DNA from: Epithemia pelagica
Lineage: Eukaryota > Protista > Bacillariophyta
Length of the DNA: 64,000 nt
Assembly (NCBI GenBank): GCA_946965045.2
Contig: OX337235.1
Coordinates: 2,728,001-2,792,000 of the forward strand
Reading direction: 5' to 3'
Under the pieces are notes generated by a model. It had not been told where the DNA came from. It did not search any database and was given only the letters and a program-made list of their open reading frames with translations. Every line of letters starts with the position of its first letter. Within the stretch, counting starts at the first letter, position 1. Positions 9,092 to 18,945 of the stretch are shown here, piece after piece. Position numbers and translations under genes: made by a program.

Positions 9092-11605
9092 ATGCAACCG
9101 TTTGTTGCCATACGGGTGGAATATCTTCGACGCGGTTTACCAGCTTGTTGTAGGCCATTTGTGAAGGCCCAGGGAAGAGGTGTTTTGCTTGCAGAAAAAT
9201 GCATATCCGCGTTGCGCTCAACCGCCCCGTCGTCAGATGTCGAAAGCCGACAGCTTGTGTCTAGGCGAAGCTTCCATGGTGATTCAAAGCAATCCAAAGC
9301 GGGAAGTTTGGGGTCACTGTCATCCACCACTTCTGGATTGACGAATATCCGAGAAGCTGCGTATAAATTGATTAATACCGGTGACCATCCAGTTGGGGAT
9401 TTCACGTCGGACTGTTGGTTTGAAGTAGAAGATATGATTCCGTTTTGGTTGACACAGGAGACACCCGAGTCGGTTGTCATTATTTTCAAGTTGCTGGACC
9501 GTCTGGTCATGGAACAGCGACACTTGCCAACTTCAGGACCGCGGTTTGATTGGATCAATTCTAAACTGTTGGAAAACGTTGTGCGCTTGTGGTTTACAGT
9601 ATATGGTCGTCATGGTTTGAAGGAGCTACAATCAAAGGACGTTTTCTTCAAGGTGCAATCGTACGTCGGTGAGTTTCAGGACGCTAGATGGACTGCCTCG
9701 ATAGCGGCTCAGATTGGGAGAGTGCATGTAGTCTCAACGAACGGCCCTGTAAGGATTGATCCATGGTTTTGCGAAACCCTTATTGACTTGACAATTAAGG
9801 AATGGAGAGATACAAACAAAGAGACGTGTTTTCCATCTTCAGAAGTGTTTCTTCCTGCATTCAAATCTTGGTCATATACCTATATGTCCAAGAATGCCAA
9901 TGTTATGAAGCAGAATAAAAAGTTTTGGAAAGACGATCCTCTTAAACGTTTTGACGTACTACTTGAAACAATGAAAAGTTTGGGGCTTGAGCCCTCGGAC
10001 GAAATTTATGAAACCATTATCGAAAGTAACGCGCACTCTGAAACGAGGGAAGGTGCTCTCGTTGCCCATAGCCTTGTCGCGGACAAAATTCTGGACAAGG
10101 CGCGTCCTACCAAACCGAGATCCATGTCAATGTACAGGGCAGTTTGCTCCTCCATCGAAGTTTGGCCCAGAGTCACCGACGCCTCTTCTGTCATTCGACA
10201 CACAGAACTTGTAATTCGCAAATTCACTAACTGTCATATTCCGGGTGCTTTGCCCTTGAATGAGGGTGTACTTTTAGTGTATAACAAAGCAATTGAGTCA
10301 ATGGCCATCGTCGGAAACGAAGAGTCCTCCCGGAAAGCGGAAAAGTTCTTTGATATGATGAAGGACATAACCAACCCAAATGACGAATCTTTGTTTTGGT
10401 TAGCTGTAGCACTTGCAAAGGCTGGTCGCTTTGTTAAGACCCATCACATTCTCGCATCAGCACCAACTCATACTTTTGCGGGATACCTTGGTCTTTTACG
10501 TGGGATGTCTGATTTGAATCACCCGCAGCTACTTGTCGTAGCAGAAGATATACTAAACATGCTGAAGATGTCAGGAACAAATGGTGGAATAAGAGCAGAC
10601 ACGCAGACCTTCAACATGTTTCTTGAGAGTCTTCTTGGAACAAATGATTTTTTAAATATGAACTGGTTGGGAAAGGCGTTGTTGTCGGTGGATGTTGTGG
10701 AATTTTTGAGAGCATCATGGGTCAGAGGGGAATCTGACCGACGGCCTGATCGCCAATCCTATTCACATATTATAAGGTCCTGGGCAATGGTGGGGCAACC
10801 GAGTCTCGCTATGCACTGGTTGGAAGAGATGCGGAATGATTTCGGTGCTGGTAGAACTGTGGCTGCACCTCACATTACGGAGTGCAACCACGTGTTAAAG
10901 GCTTACGCGAACTCTGCAAACAAAGAGGAGGGAGTGGTAGGGGCGCAGGATTTTCTTAAAACAATATCATCCATCCAATCGACTAATGGATTCTTGCGCC
11001 CAACTGAAACGAGCTACGAGCTAGTTCTCACTTGTTTGTGGAACAAGGGTGGACGTGAAGCAGCGCAACGAACAAAGGAACTGCTCGCTGAGATGAAAAA
11101 TGGCGGCCTCAAACCAACCATTCAGTGTTATTTTCTCGCAATGACCTGTTGGGCTGCATGTCATTCTCCTGAACAGGTGGAAGACCTGTTGAACGAAATG
11201 CTCCTTGCTGTGAACGAGCTGCAGCCCACGTTGAAGGCTTTCAATTGCGCTATCAATGCCTGGGCGATTTCGGGTCATCACCAAGGAGCAGCCAGAGGCG
11301 AACGGCTTTTGTCTCGCATGATGGACTTGCGAGAAAATGGTTTTGCTCACTTACAACCTGACGTAGACACGTATGCGTCTCTGGTGAAGGCGTATGCCGT
11401 CAGTGACCAAAGTGAAAATTCACAACGCGCTCAAGGACTGTTCATGAATATAAAGAAACTGGAAGAAGATGGCATGTTGGTCCACGAAGCGATGTACCAT
11501 GAATTGCTGGCGGCATGGAAGCATTCAAAAAATGGCTCAAGGCATGATCTTATAGGCGTCATTGAGAGTCATATTGATCGACGTTCTGGAAACTTCCCCC
11601 AATAA
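9092..11605 (+). CDS. PPR protein
   Basis: PPR motifs (SYSHIIRSWAMVG, ECNHVLKAYAN, AFNCAINAWAISG, TYASLVKAYA); presequence-like N-terminus (RRSFHG). Confidence 0.8.
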   Translation: MQPFVAIRVEYLRRGLPACCRPFVKAQGRGVLLAEKCISALRSTAPSSDVESRQLVSRRSFHGDSKQSKAGSLGSLSSTTSGLTNIREAAYKLINTGDHPVGDFTSDCWFEVEDMIPFWLTQETPESVVIIFKLLDRLVMEQRHLPTSGPRFDWINSKLLENVVRLWFTVYGRHGLKELQSKDVFFKVQSYVGEFQDARWTASIAAQIGRVHVVSTNGPVRIDPWFCETLIDLTIKEWRDTNKETCFPSSEVFLPAFKSWSYTYMSKNANVMKQNKKFWKDDPLKRFDVLLETMKSLGLEPSDEIYETIIESNAHSETREGALVAHSLVADKILDKARPTKPRSMSMYRAVCSSIEVWPRVTDASSVIRHTELVIRKFTNCHIPGALPLNEGVLLVYNKAIESMAIVGNEESSRKAEKFFDMMKDITNPNDESLFWLAVALAKAGRFVKTHHILASAPTHTFAGYLGLLRGMSDLNHPQLLVVAEDILNMLKMSGTNGGIRADTQTFNMFLESLLGTNDFLNMNWLGKALLSVDVVEFLRASWVRGESDRRPDRQSYSHIIRSWAMVGQPSLAMHWLEEMRNDFGAGRTVAAPHITECNHVLKAYANSANKEEGVVGAQDFLKTISSIQSTNGFLRPTETSYELVLTCLWNKGGREAAQRTKELLAEMKNGGLKPTIQCYFLAMTCWAACHSPEQVEDLLNEMLLAVNELQPTLKAFNCAINAWAISGHHQGAARGERLLSRMMDLRENGFAHLQPDVDTYASLVKAYAVSDQSENSQRAQGLFMNIKKLEEDGMLVHEAMYHELLAAWKHSKNGSRHDLIGVIESHIDRRSGNFPQ

Positions 11606-12332
11606 CATCTTATCCGAGATCTGTACCCCAAAGATTGGATTCAATCACTGCTCTTCTTTCGTTTGCTTCAAGCTGTTTTGGGTCATGTTCGCGTGGACAT
11701 GTGTGTGAGCCATGCCGGCATCATGGGGACTATTTACATCTAGCGCCAGGAATAATTTTTCGAGTCATTCAATCTGACTGGGACAAGAGCGGTAACATTA
11801 CCAACATTATCAGTAACTCAAGGCGCATTAGGTTCCATCACGGCACTAAGAGATGGAGAAGTCAGCCTGGAGGTGCTCTCCACCTGCTCTAGGTGGAGAT
11901 ACAATACATGGAAGGAGAGGTGCGGAGTGCGTAAGCCAACTCCGTGATGCGAACCTCAAGAAAGCAGACGTGAAAAGATTTTCTAGCCTACAAATGGGAG
12001 ATACGTGCGTCTTTGTAAACATAACGGCAAGAGAAACTCCAATAACTTCTCCAAAATTATGGAGAGAACCTGTGGCAAGTTTCATTGTCCCAACGACCTA
12101 ACACTCCTCTTTCTCGGTTTGTAAATTGGGTAAAACAAAACTCCAACTGCAAAAATGAAGGACAAGATCAGGGTAGCGTTCATTTTCCGTGGAAACATTG
12201 AGCCAACAACGAAATCCTTACTCGATCTATTCGGGTTGAGTATTGTCATCGAGCACACACAGCTGGCTAGCCAAGGGGAGGTTTTGATATTGGGTTTCGG
12301 AACTCGGAACTATTACTATCCGGGAAAACAGT

Positions 12333-14090
12333 TTGAGGTTGTCCAGCATGAGAGAGAAGCACATACCAAGAGAACCGACTGGAGAGGAAACACCGGTTGG
12401 AACAGCTAGAGGACAAACAACAACGAAGACTAAGCGTGGAGAGGGTGCAACAAGCGGCAATAGTATTTGCACACCGTCGTCGTCATCCTTTTCGTCCATC
12501 ACCATTCATCCAGGACACCACAACATCTACCAGGAATCGACTCAAAAGGGATGTCGCACCAAGTCCCCTCCTTCCATCATATTGTCTTCTTCTTTGCCTG
12601 CATATTCAAGCGGGTGGCGGATGCGTTCAAGTGGTAAAAGTGGAACCGCAGACTTGCCACTGACAACCTGTTCCCCTTCTCCTACTGGCCAACCACGTCG
12701 TGCAAAGGGTAAGAAGACAAAAAATGTTGTGGTAATTGCTGATGGTGATCCTCCGGGGGAATGTTCCGGTGGTGCCGCCGTGACAATTTATTTGCCAACG
12801 ACGATACCGGGGAAGAGCAAACCACGGGCACCTCAAATGTCCCGCAAGAAGCGAGGATCAAGAGGAGAGAAAGACGAAACAATATCAACCACAAAAAGCA
12901 CACCGTCTGTTTCTAATGGCAGTCAAAGCCACGCGTCATCGATTGGAAAGAATAGCATCCCCTATGCGTTGTCATATGTGACAGGAGGACCACGCTCACC
13001 CTCATCCCAAGAGCATCTATGGGCAATGACAACTTCTTCGTCCTCGTGGGACAGAAAACCACCGTTATCTCCAATCCGAAAAGAGACTCGCTATAACACA
13101 AGCGAATCAAGTACACTCGCAACTGGCGCTCTGTCTAAAGGAAAGAAACGGGTCGAATGGAATCTGTCTCAACAAGAGCAACGGGGAGGAAGGAACACGA
13201 GTTTTGAAGCACCGAAAATAACTTCTCGAGGCGAATCACTCAAACACCGTTCCGAATCAATCTTAATCCCCTATTCAGACAACCGGAACTCGTTGGGCCC
13301 TACCGCCATTGTACCTCCCATCTCTCACGAAAATCGATGGTGGTCACAGACAACCACTCTCCAACGATCACCCTGTAGCAATGAAACCAAGAGTAAGGAC
13401 AATATAGCGAGGGTAGAACACAGGCGGCAAATTGATTTACCAGCCAGCCGCAACATCAAACTACCAGTCGACCCCCTTTTCACCAGATTGATAGTAAGCT
13501 CCAAGCACAAAATGGGTAGCGTGAACAGCCGTCGTCGGGATGATCACAATCATCCTAAGGTCCATATGGAGGCACCTTTCGGGAAGTCCTCCGTGAAGCC
13601 TTCGTCTAGCTCTAAAGCCCTGAAACAAACCGCTTTCGAACAGTCCCCAATCAAAGCTTCGTCCAGCTCCAAAGCCATGAAACAAGAAGACAAAAAGATT
13701 TCTCTTTCTTCTTCTTCTTCTCCTTCTTCTTCCCGTCGTCATGTTGAAGTTCCTGGTTTGTCGTCTGTCGCCAGTGACACGAAAAGCTTGGACTCCACCA
13801 GCGCCAAGGACAGCATGAAAAGAGAGGGTGAGGCAGGTTTCGCGATTCACCTGAAGTCGCGAAAAGATCTCCTTACCAACAGTACTCGCCACCATATTCA
13901 GAACGGCAATGTTGTTCCAACAAACACAGCTCCTATCAGCGGTCGTCGTTCTTATCATCGTCGCGATGGTACGTTGGACCGTCCTACGTTGCGACTCTCT
14001 GGCTCACGGTTCTCTCCGTCAGCTCTTCGTCGTCATCAGCGCATTCGTATGGTTCCGTTGGCGGCACCATCACTTGCGAGTCCTCTTTGA
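12333..14090 (+). CDS. Ser/Lys/Arg-rich, probably disordered hypothetical protein
   Basis: 585-codon ORF with no recognisable domain; true start uncertain. Confidence 0.45.
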   Translation: MRLSSMREKHIPREPTGEETPVGTARGQTTTKTKRGEGATSGNSICTPSSSSFSSITIHPGHHNIYQESTQKGCRTKSPPSIILSSSLPAYSSGWRMRSSGKSGTADLPLTTCSPSPTGQPRRAKGKKTKNVVVIADGDPPGECSGGAAVTIYLPTTIPGKSKPRAPQMSRKKRGSRGEKDETISTTKSTPSVSNGSQSHASSIGKNSIPYALSYVTGGPRSPSSQEHLWAMTTSSSSWDRKPPLSPIRKETRYNTSESSTLATGALSKGKKRVEWNLSQQEQRGGRNTSFEAPKITSRGESLKHRSESILIPYSDNRNSLGPTAIVPPISHENRWWSQTTTLQRSPCSNETKSKDNIARVEHRRQIDLPASRNIKLPVDPLFTRLIVSSKHKMGSVNSRRRDDHNHPKVHMEAPFGKSSVKPSSSSKALKQTAFEQSPIKASSSSKAMKQEDKKISLSSSSSPSSSRRHVEVPGLSSVASDTKSLDSTSAKDSMKREGEAGFAIHLKSRKDLLTNSTRHHIQNGNVVPTNTAPISGRRSYHRRDGTLDRPTLRLSGSRFSPSALRRHQRIRMVPLAAPSLASPL

Positions 14091-14821
14091 CAGACCACAT
14101 CTCCCTGAATTCTACAAGTTGTCGTAAGAAAGAAAGACAACTTGGGTCCTTCCCCACAGAGCCACTGATAATCCCTCGTGCAATCCAAGTCCAAACCAAG
14201 TCAAGGAAAACCGTAACTTCACGAAACGAGCCTTCCCACAATTACTTAAACAGAATCATGAAAAAGAAGAACGCGGTTAATGAAGTGGGAATAGAGGAGC
14301 ACGAGCTCTTGCACAATTCGGTCGATTTGACGTTGGTATCATCAGATGCTCCCTCGTCTTCTTCATCCTCTTTTTCGTATGCTCCCTCTCCCGATCGACA
14401 CGATGATGCTGGCGACAGTCAGGGGTCCTGGTCAACAGCGACCGCGACTTTGTCAGGTTCCGTATCAGATCAGTGGTTCAGTGTGAGTGACACAAGGACT
14501 CGTAGTTACGATCGCCATAGTGTTTCTAGAGGTGAAGGTGAAGTCGACGGTGGTGATTCTTGCTCGGCTCATCAAGTGGTCCTCGATGTTTGGGAACCTG
14601 CTCAGGAAGTTGATTTCGAATGTCTGGGAAGCCGGACAGTACAGTATCCCGATGAAGTCAGTACAGTCCAGAACACTACCAGGAACATGTCGATCGATCA
14701 CTCTCATGTCCATACATCTTCGGCCAATAATGTTAATCTCCCTTATGAAAGAGAGCAAAAGAAAGAGGGTGAACGGGCGTCATCACATATACACTCAGCA
14801 AGGCAAGACGCTTTTTGTTGA
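14087..14821 (+). CDS. Ser-rich hypothetical ORF, possibly the frameshifted continuation of 12333-14090
   Basis: 244-codon ORF overlapping the previous stop by 4 nt, with similar composition; the track start is a non-ATG codon. Confidence 0.3.
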   Translation: MTDHISLNSTSCRKKERQLGSFPTEPLIIPRAIQVQTKSRKTVTSRNEPSHNYLNRIMKKKNAVNEVGIEEHELLHNSVDLTLVSSDAPSSSSSSFSYAPSPDRHDDAGDSQGSWSTATATLSGSVSDQWFSVSDTRTRSYDRHSVSRGEGEVDGGDSCSAHQVVLDVWEPAQEVDFECLGSRTVQYPDEVSTVQNTTRNMSIDHSHVHTSSANNVNLPYEREQKKEGERASSHIHSARQDAFC

Positions 14822-15248
14822 AGCACGGTCCACGAAGCAAACTTGGTTTTGAAACATACTATATCCCGCTAGGAGGTTTTGACTTGAAACCATCGTAAGT
14901 TTACACAAGTACGGGTGCTTTCTGAATAGTCAACCGTGGTGGCATGGTTTTTAAGTGGTCCCTAGTTATGTTTACATGTACGCCCGGTGTAGTTCATTTC
15001 ATTAATGCAAATGGGATGTAGCATGAGTGCGTGTAGCTAGCGTTCAAAAATTGTTTCAAGGTATAAAAAGTAATGAAACGTTATCGTTGATATTGATAGA
15101 GAGATGCTCGTTGAAAAGTCCAAAGTTAGAATAGTGGATGGAGAAATGGGGGGGACTCATAATTGACCCCCAAATCCCAAATATACTCAGATTCTAATTA
15201 TATCTTTAGTCTTTGTGTCATGTCATGAGTCACCAACGACGATGAACA

Positions 15249-16349
15249 ATGAATGACCGATATAAGGCGATCAAGCATCGAGGCAAACTGAGACTCGCTA
15301 TTTTTGTATGCTTATTTCCCGTTTTTGTTTTGAATGCTGTAAGAATACACCACCATGCCATGGACCAGAGCATGTCGGCGTTTCTTCCGTCATCGTTGTA
15401 TCATGGCAACAAACCAGCTGTGGAACTGTATCCATCGCGTCTGAAACAAAGCCAATCTATATCTAAAGTGCAGAGAAATATGACACAAACCTTGTATTAC
15501 TACAGTCATACTCGTGGTGACCGGCCAGGATCTGCAATCTTGGACATGCTAATGGCACATGCCTACGTATTCCTCCAAAATGCCACAACCACTGACAATT
15601 CGATCAGTTTGTACGGAGGTGCCTGCGGTGACACACCCTTTGTGACGCTCCCCAATCAGCAGAAGCTCATTCGTACTCTTGGACTAGAAACTGAATTGCC
15701 CTTTGCTTGTCCTAGTCAGCGCAATGAACTTTCAAGTGCAAACAGACTCATATTGGAGTACAGCGACTATGATTCAATGGTTTCACAGACCTTTCGAGGA
15801 GCGTGGCTGGAACACATTCGCTCCAAATCTCGTTGGGATACTCGACAAGAACAAGAACGCCATGGACGCCCTTGTCAAATTGTGGTCCATGTAAGACGAG
15901 GCGACGTGACTCTCTGCGGTAGCAAGTCAAGGCGGTATTTTCCAAACCAATACTACATACATTTGATTCAACAACACTTACCTCAAAACGGGAAAACCTG
16001 CAATGTTTCGATATTCAGCAACTTGCAAGACCCAAAAGCACATAATGCACACGAGCCTCGGGAACCGTGGCAAGACTTTTCTTCACGTGGCTACAACGTC
16101 TTTCTTGGGACGGATCTTGCAGCGACATGGGAATCCATGATAACAGCCGATGTACTCATTTTGTCGAAATCGAGTTTTTCACATGTACCTGCCATGTTCA
16201 ATACAATAGGAAAGATCGTGTACACGCCATACTGGACTTTGCCACTACCTGATTGGCACGTAGTGTCCGATCACACAAGGAGTCTTGCGCGTAAGGTGAT
16301 GCGACAAACACGCAAAGAGTACTGTGCTAACTTTTCACCAACTCCATGA
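15249..16349 (+). CDS. Type II membrane glycosyltransferase-like protein (GT11/alpha-1,2-fucosyltransferase-like)
   Basis: N-terminal anchor (LAIFVCLFPVFVLNAV), IVVHVRRGD motif, and C-terminal DVLILSKSSFS motif. Confidence 0.65.
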   Translation: MNDRYKAIKHRGKLRLAIFVCLFPVFVLNAVRIHHHAMDQSMSAFLPSSLYHGNKPAVELYPSRLKQSQSISKVQRNMTQTLYYYSHTRGDRPGSAILDMLMAHAYVFLQNATTTDNSISLYGGACGDTPFVTLPNQQKLIRTLGLETELPFACPSQRNELSSANRLILEYSDYDSMVSQTFRGAWLEHIRSKSRWDTRQEQERHGRPCQIVVHVRRGDVTLCGSKSRRYFPNQYYIHLIQQHLPQNGKTCNVSIFSNLQDPKAHNAHEPREPWQDFSSRGYNVFLGTDLAATWESMITADVLILSKSSFSHVPAMFNTIGKIVYTPYWTLPLPDWHVVSDHTRSLARKVMRQTRKEYCANFSPTP

Positions 16350-16419
16350 CTCAACCCACGATGATGCCCCATGGAAATATCAAACCTATGTGATGGTTGG
16401 AAATATGTCCTAATATACC

Positions 16420-17849
16420 TTAGTTTGAAGTAAAGAATCCAAGCGATACCAAACTGCTCGATACAGCTTCATACGTCATGAATGTAATGGCCTGGCCTGG
16501 AACAATGCGAAGCAGTCGTGGTGTGATCCCCTTCCAGAGAGCCAATAAGCCTTCTTCATGACCAATGACCATTGCGGCTTGCGCCATTCCAGTATACTTG
16601 GGAGCTTTGCCTGGAATGACAACCTGCTTTTGAAGCCGAGTCTGAGAAATGAAACCAAAGAGAAAGAAACCAAATTTCATTGAGCGCCGGAAGTGGTTGT
16701 TGGTACAGTTCCTTCTGTACACTATGCTCACCTTAACAACATCTAAAGGGTTATTTACTGATAGAACATGAATGAATAATCCATGAGTCAATGAGGATGT
16801 TGTTATGATACATTTCGTGTTCTCCGACAAAACTTACCAAGAGGCCCAACCCCACCAGATAATCCACCAAGGACAAGTGACTGCCAATGTTGAATATGAT
16901 CAGTTTGTTGCCACTGTAAGAGCCACTTTTTGGCTGCATTATAGCACGTGAAATTGACTGCTTGGTTGATTCCTTGACGAAGCATGGTTGGAACCAGTCC
17001 TTTATAAAGAGCACCAATGCCTTCTTCCCGAACAATAAGAAACGCTGTCTGAATGACATTTGTATATTTTCGATGTTGCATTTGTGACGGATCAATCATA
17101 GAATGATACTGGGATTGCAACCGAATTTTGCACACTTCAGCAGGTGTGACTACCACAATTGCTTCGGTCAAGCCCGAGGCCAATCCGGCCACAAAAGTTA
17201 CTCGAGAAGTTTTTTCGCCATTGGTTTCCATTTTGGCAAACAAATCACGGTATTGTTCGAAGGACACGAATCGAATGGCCATTTTGGGAATAATTCCAGT
17301 ATAAACGGCAGTCAACCCCTTGTACAAGGCAAAGACTCCTTCTCGTTGAATGATGCGATGGGCAGTTCCAAACGGTCCCAAGGACGCTGCCACTGGACCC
17401 TTGGAGGCCACCATTGATGGTTTGGCAACCGTTTCTTTGGTCAATTGGGTTGCTGTCGAAGGAGAATGAAGATGCAAGCTGGGCTCATGAAGGCCCGCAA
17501 CACCTGAAGTATGAATGGTCGCTGCAGTCCTTCCCACAAAGGGCTCTTGCAGGGAATGTTTGAAACGAAGTGCAGGCTCCACCAAAGAGTTTCTGACCTG
17601 AACGACAACTCGGTTGACCGAAACCTCTTGTTTTCGAAGCTGCATACGAGTCTACAAAGAACAGAGGCAGAAGGAATGTTGGAAACAGCACTCGTAGCTT
17701 TGAACCGACAAAAAGAATGTAACGGGCCATCTTACCTTTATGGTGTCCAGGGGATGACAAATGGATGACTCCACAAATCCGGCGCATCCCCCCGCAATTA
17801 AGTGCATCATGGGATGCTTTTTCTTTCGTTCTTGCTTGGAAGACGACAT
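16420..17849 (-). CDS. SFC1: Mitochondrial carrier, succinate/fumarate (SFC1-like); 4 exons: 17849-17736, 17651-16838, 16757-16732, 16641-16420
   Basis: GT-AG introns reconstruct the PX[DE]XX[KR] signatures HPLDTIKTRMQ, TPAEVCKIRLQ and NPLDVVKTRLQ. IIPKMAIRF and PRLLRIVPGQAITF match the SFC1 subfamily. Confidence 0.85.
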
Positions 17850-18945
17850 GGCGTTCGGTCTATATCAAGACTGTGTGAAAACCTTTGGGAATGCCGATTT
17901 CCGGATCCTGTCGAACGAAACAAAAAATAAGATTGCATGATTGTTGCATCAAGTTGATGGCAATCACCGATCACCACTCCTTTCCGACCGGGTGGGTCTC
18001 GAATTCGCCGTCGTGATGACGACGGGTGACGGCGACGCACCGATTTTGTTGACATCTCGCAGACACGATGTGCAAAAAGTGTCACCTTCTCTCTTGGGGG
18101 ATTGCAATGGTCGGTTTGATCTTGATCATGTCCCCCACGCACCGGTCATCCCTTGATGTCATGTACTCCGCTTGCGCTTATGCGCGAAAATTTCCGGGGC
18201 CAGGAAATCCCCAGCCACGAAGTCATTCTCACTAAGTTACAATTCTAAAATCAATTCATTACCTTATCGCTTGAGATTCAGATTTTTGAATTTTGGCGGT
18301 GGGGCCGAGTCCATTTCGTCGCATGACCAATCGTGAAAAATTGATTCATGTGTCACTCCGTTCAAACCATTTGTGTGCCAACCAAGACTATTAAATAGGC
18401 TTCTTGGGTCATGCATTAAACTTTGTGACATGCGTTAGGGCTTATCCGCTTATCTCAACGGAGTACGTTGCGGATCATTGCCAACCGTTGATTCTACGGT
18501 TTAATAGGGCCAGAGAGGTCTGAGACCACCCGTATGTGCGATTGTAACCAAAATCAAACCTTGTTGGTTTTCCTAATTATTCTTGCCGAAAAACACACAC
18601 CGGTCGAGTGTGCCTGCACCTTTGTCTTTGTTGTGCAACACAGAAGCAAAAAATGACCCCATCGTCGAAACTTTATCGAAGCCGTCGTGTTTGATCAACC
18701 TCCGTCGATCCTTATTCAGGAAGTTTATCTTCTTAACTTGATGTTATCAAAAGATCGACAGGAAACTCTGCAATAACGAGAGGTCGCAAACGAAATATCT
18801 GCTGGCGGTGAATTTTGGTCTGTTTTCCTTTTTTGTGTCACGAAGGGTGCACCATCGAGAAAAACGGAAGGAAGAAACCGGGTCAAAGCTCGCTACCGTG
18901 TCGTTTTGAGTCTGACTTTGATCAATCAACAATCCATCCATAAAA

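Noticed and set aside
11877-11897. Hairpin CTCCACCT-GCTCT-AGGTGGAG and short ORFs at 11635-12409
   Set aside because: A single 8-bp stem is expected by chance in 64 kb, and the ORFs show no recognisable family.
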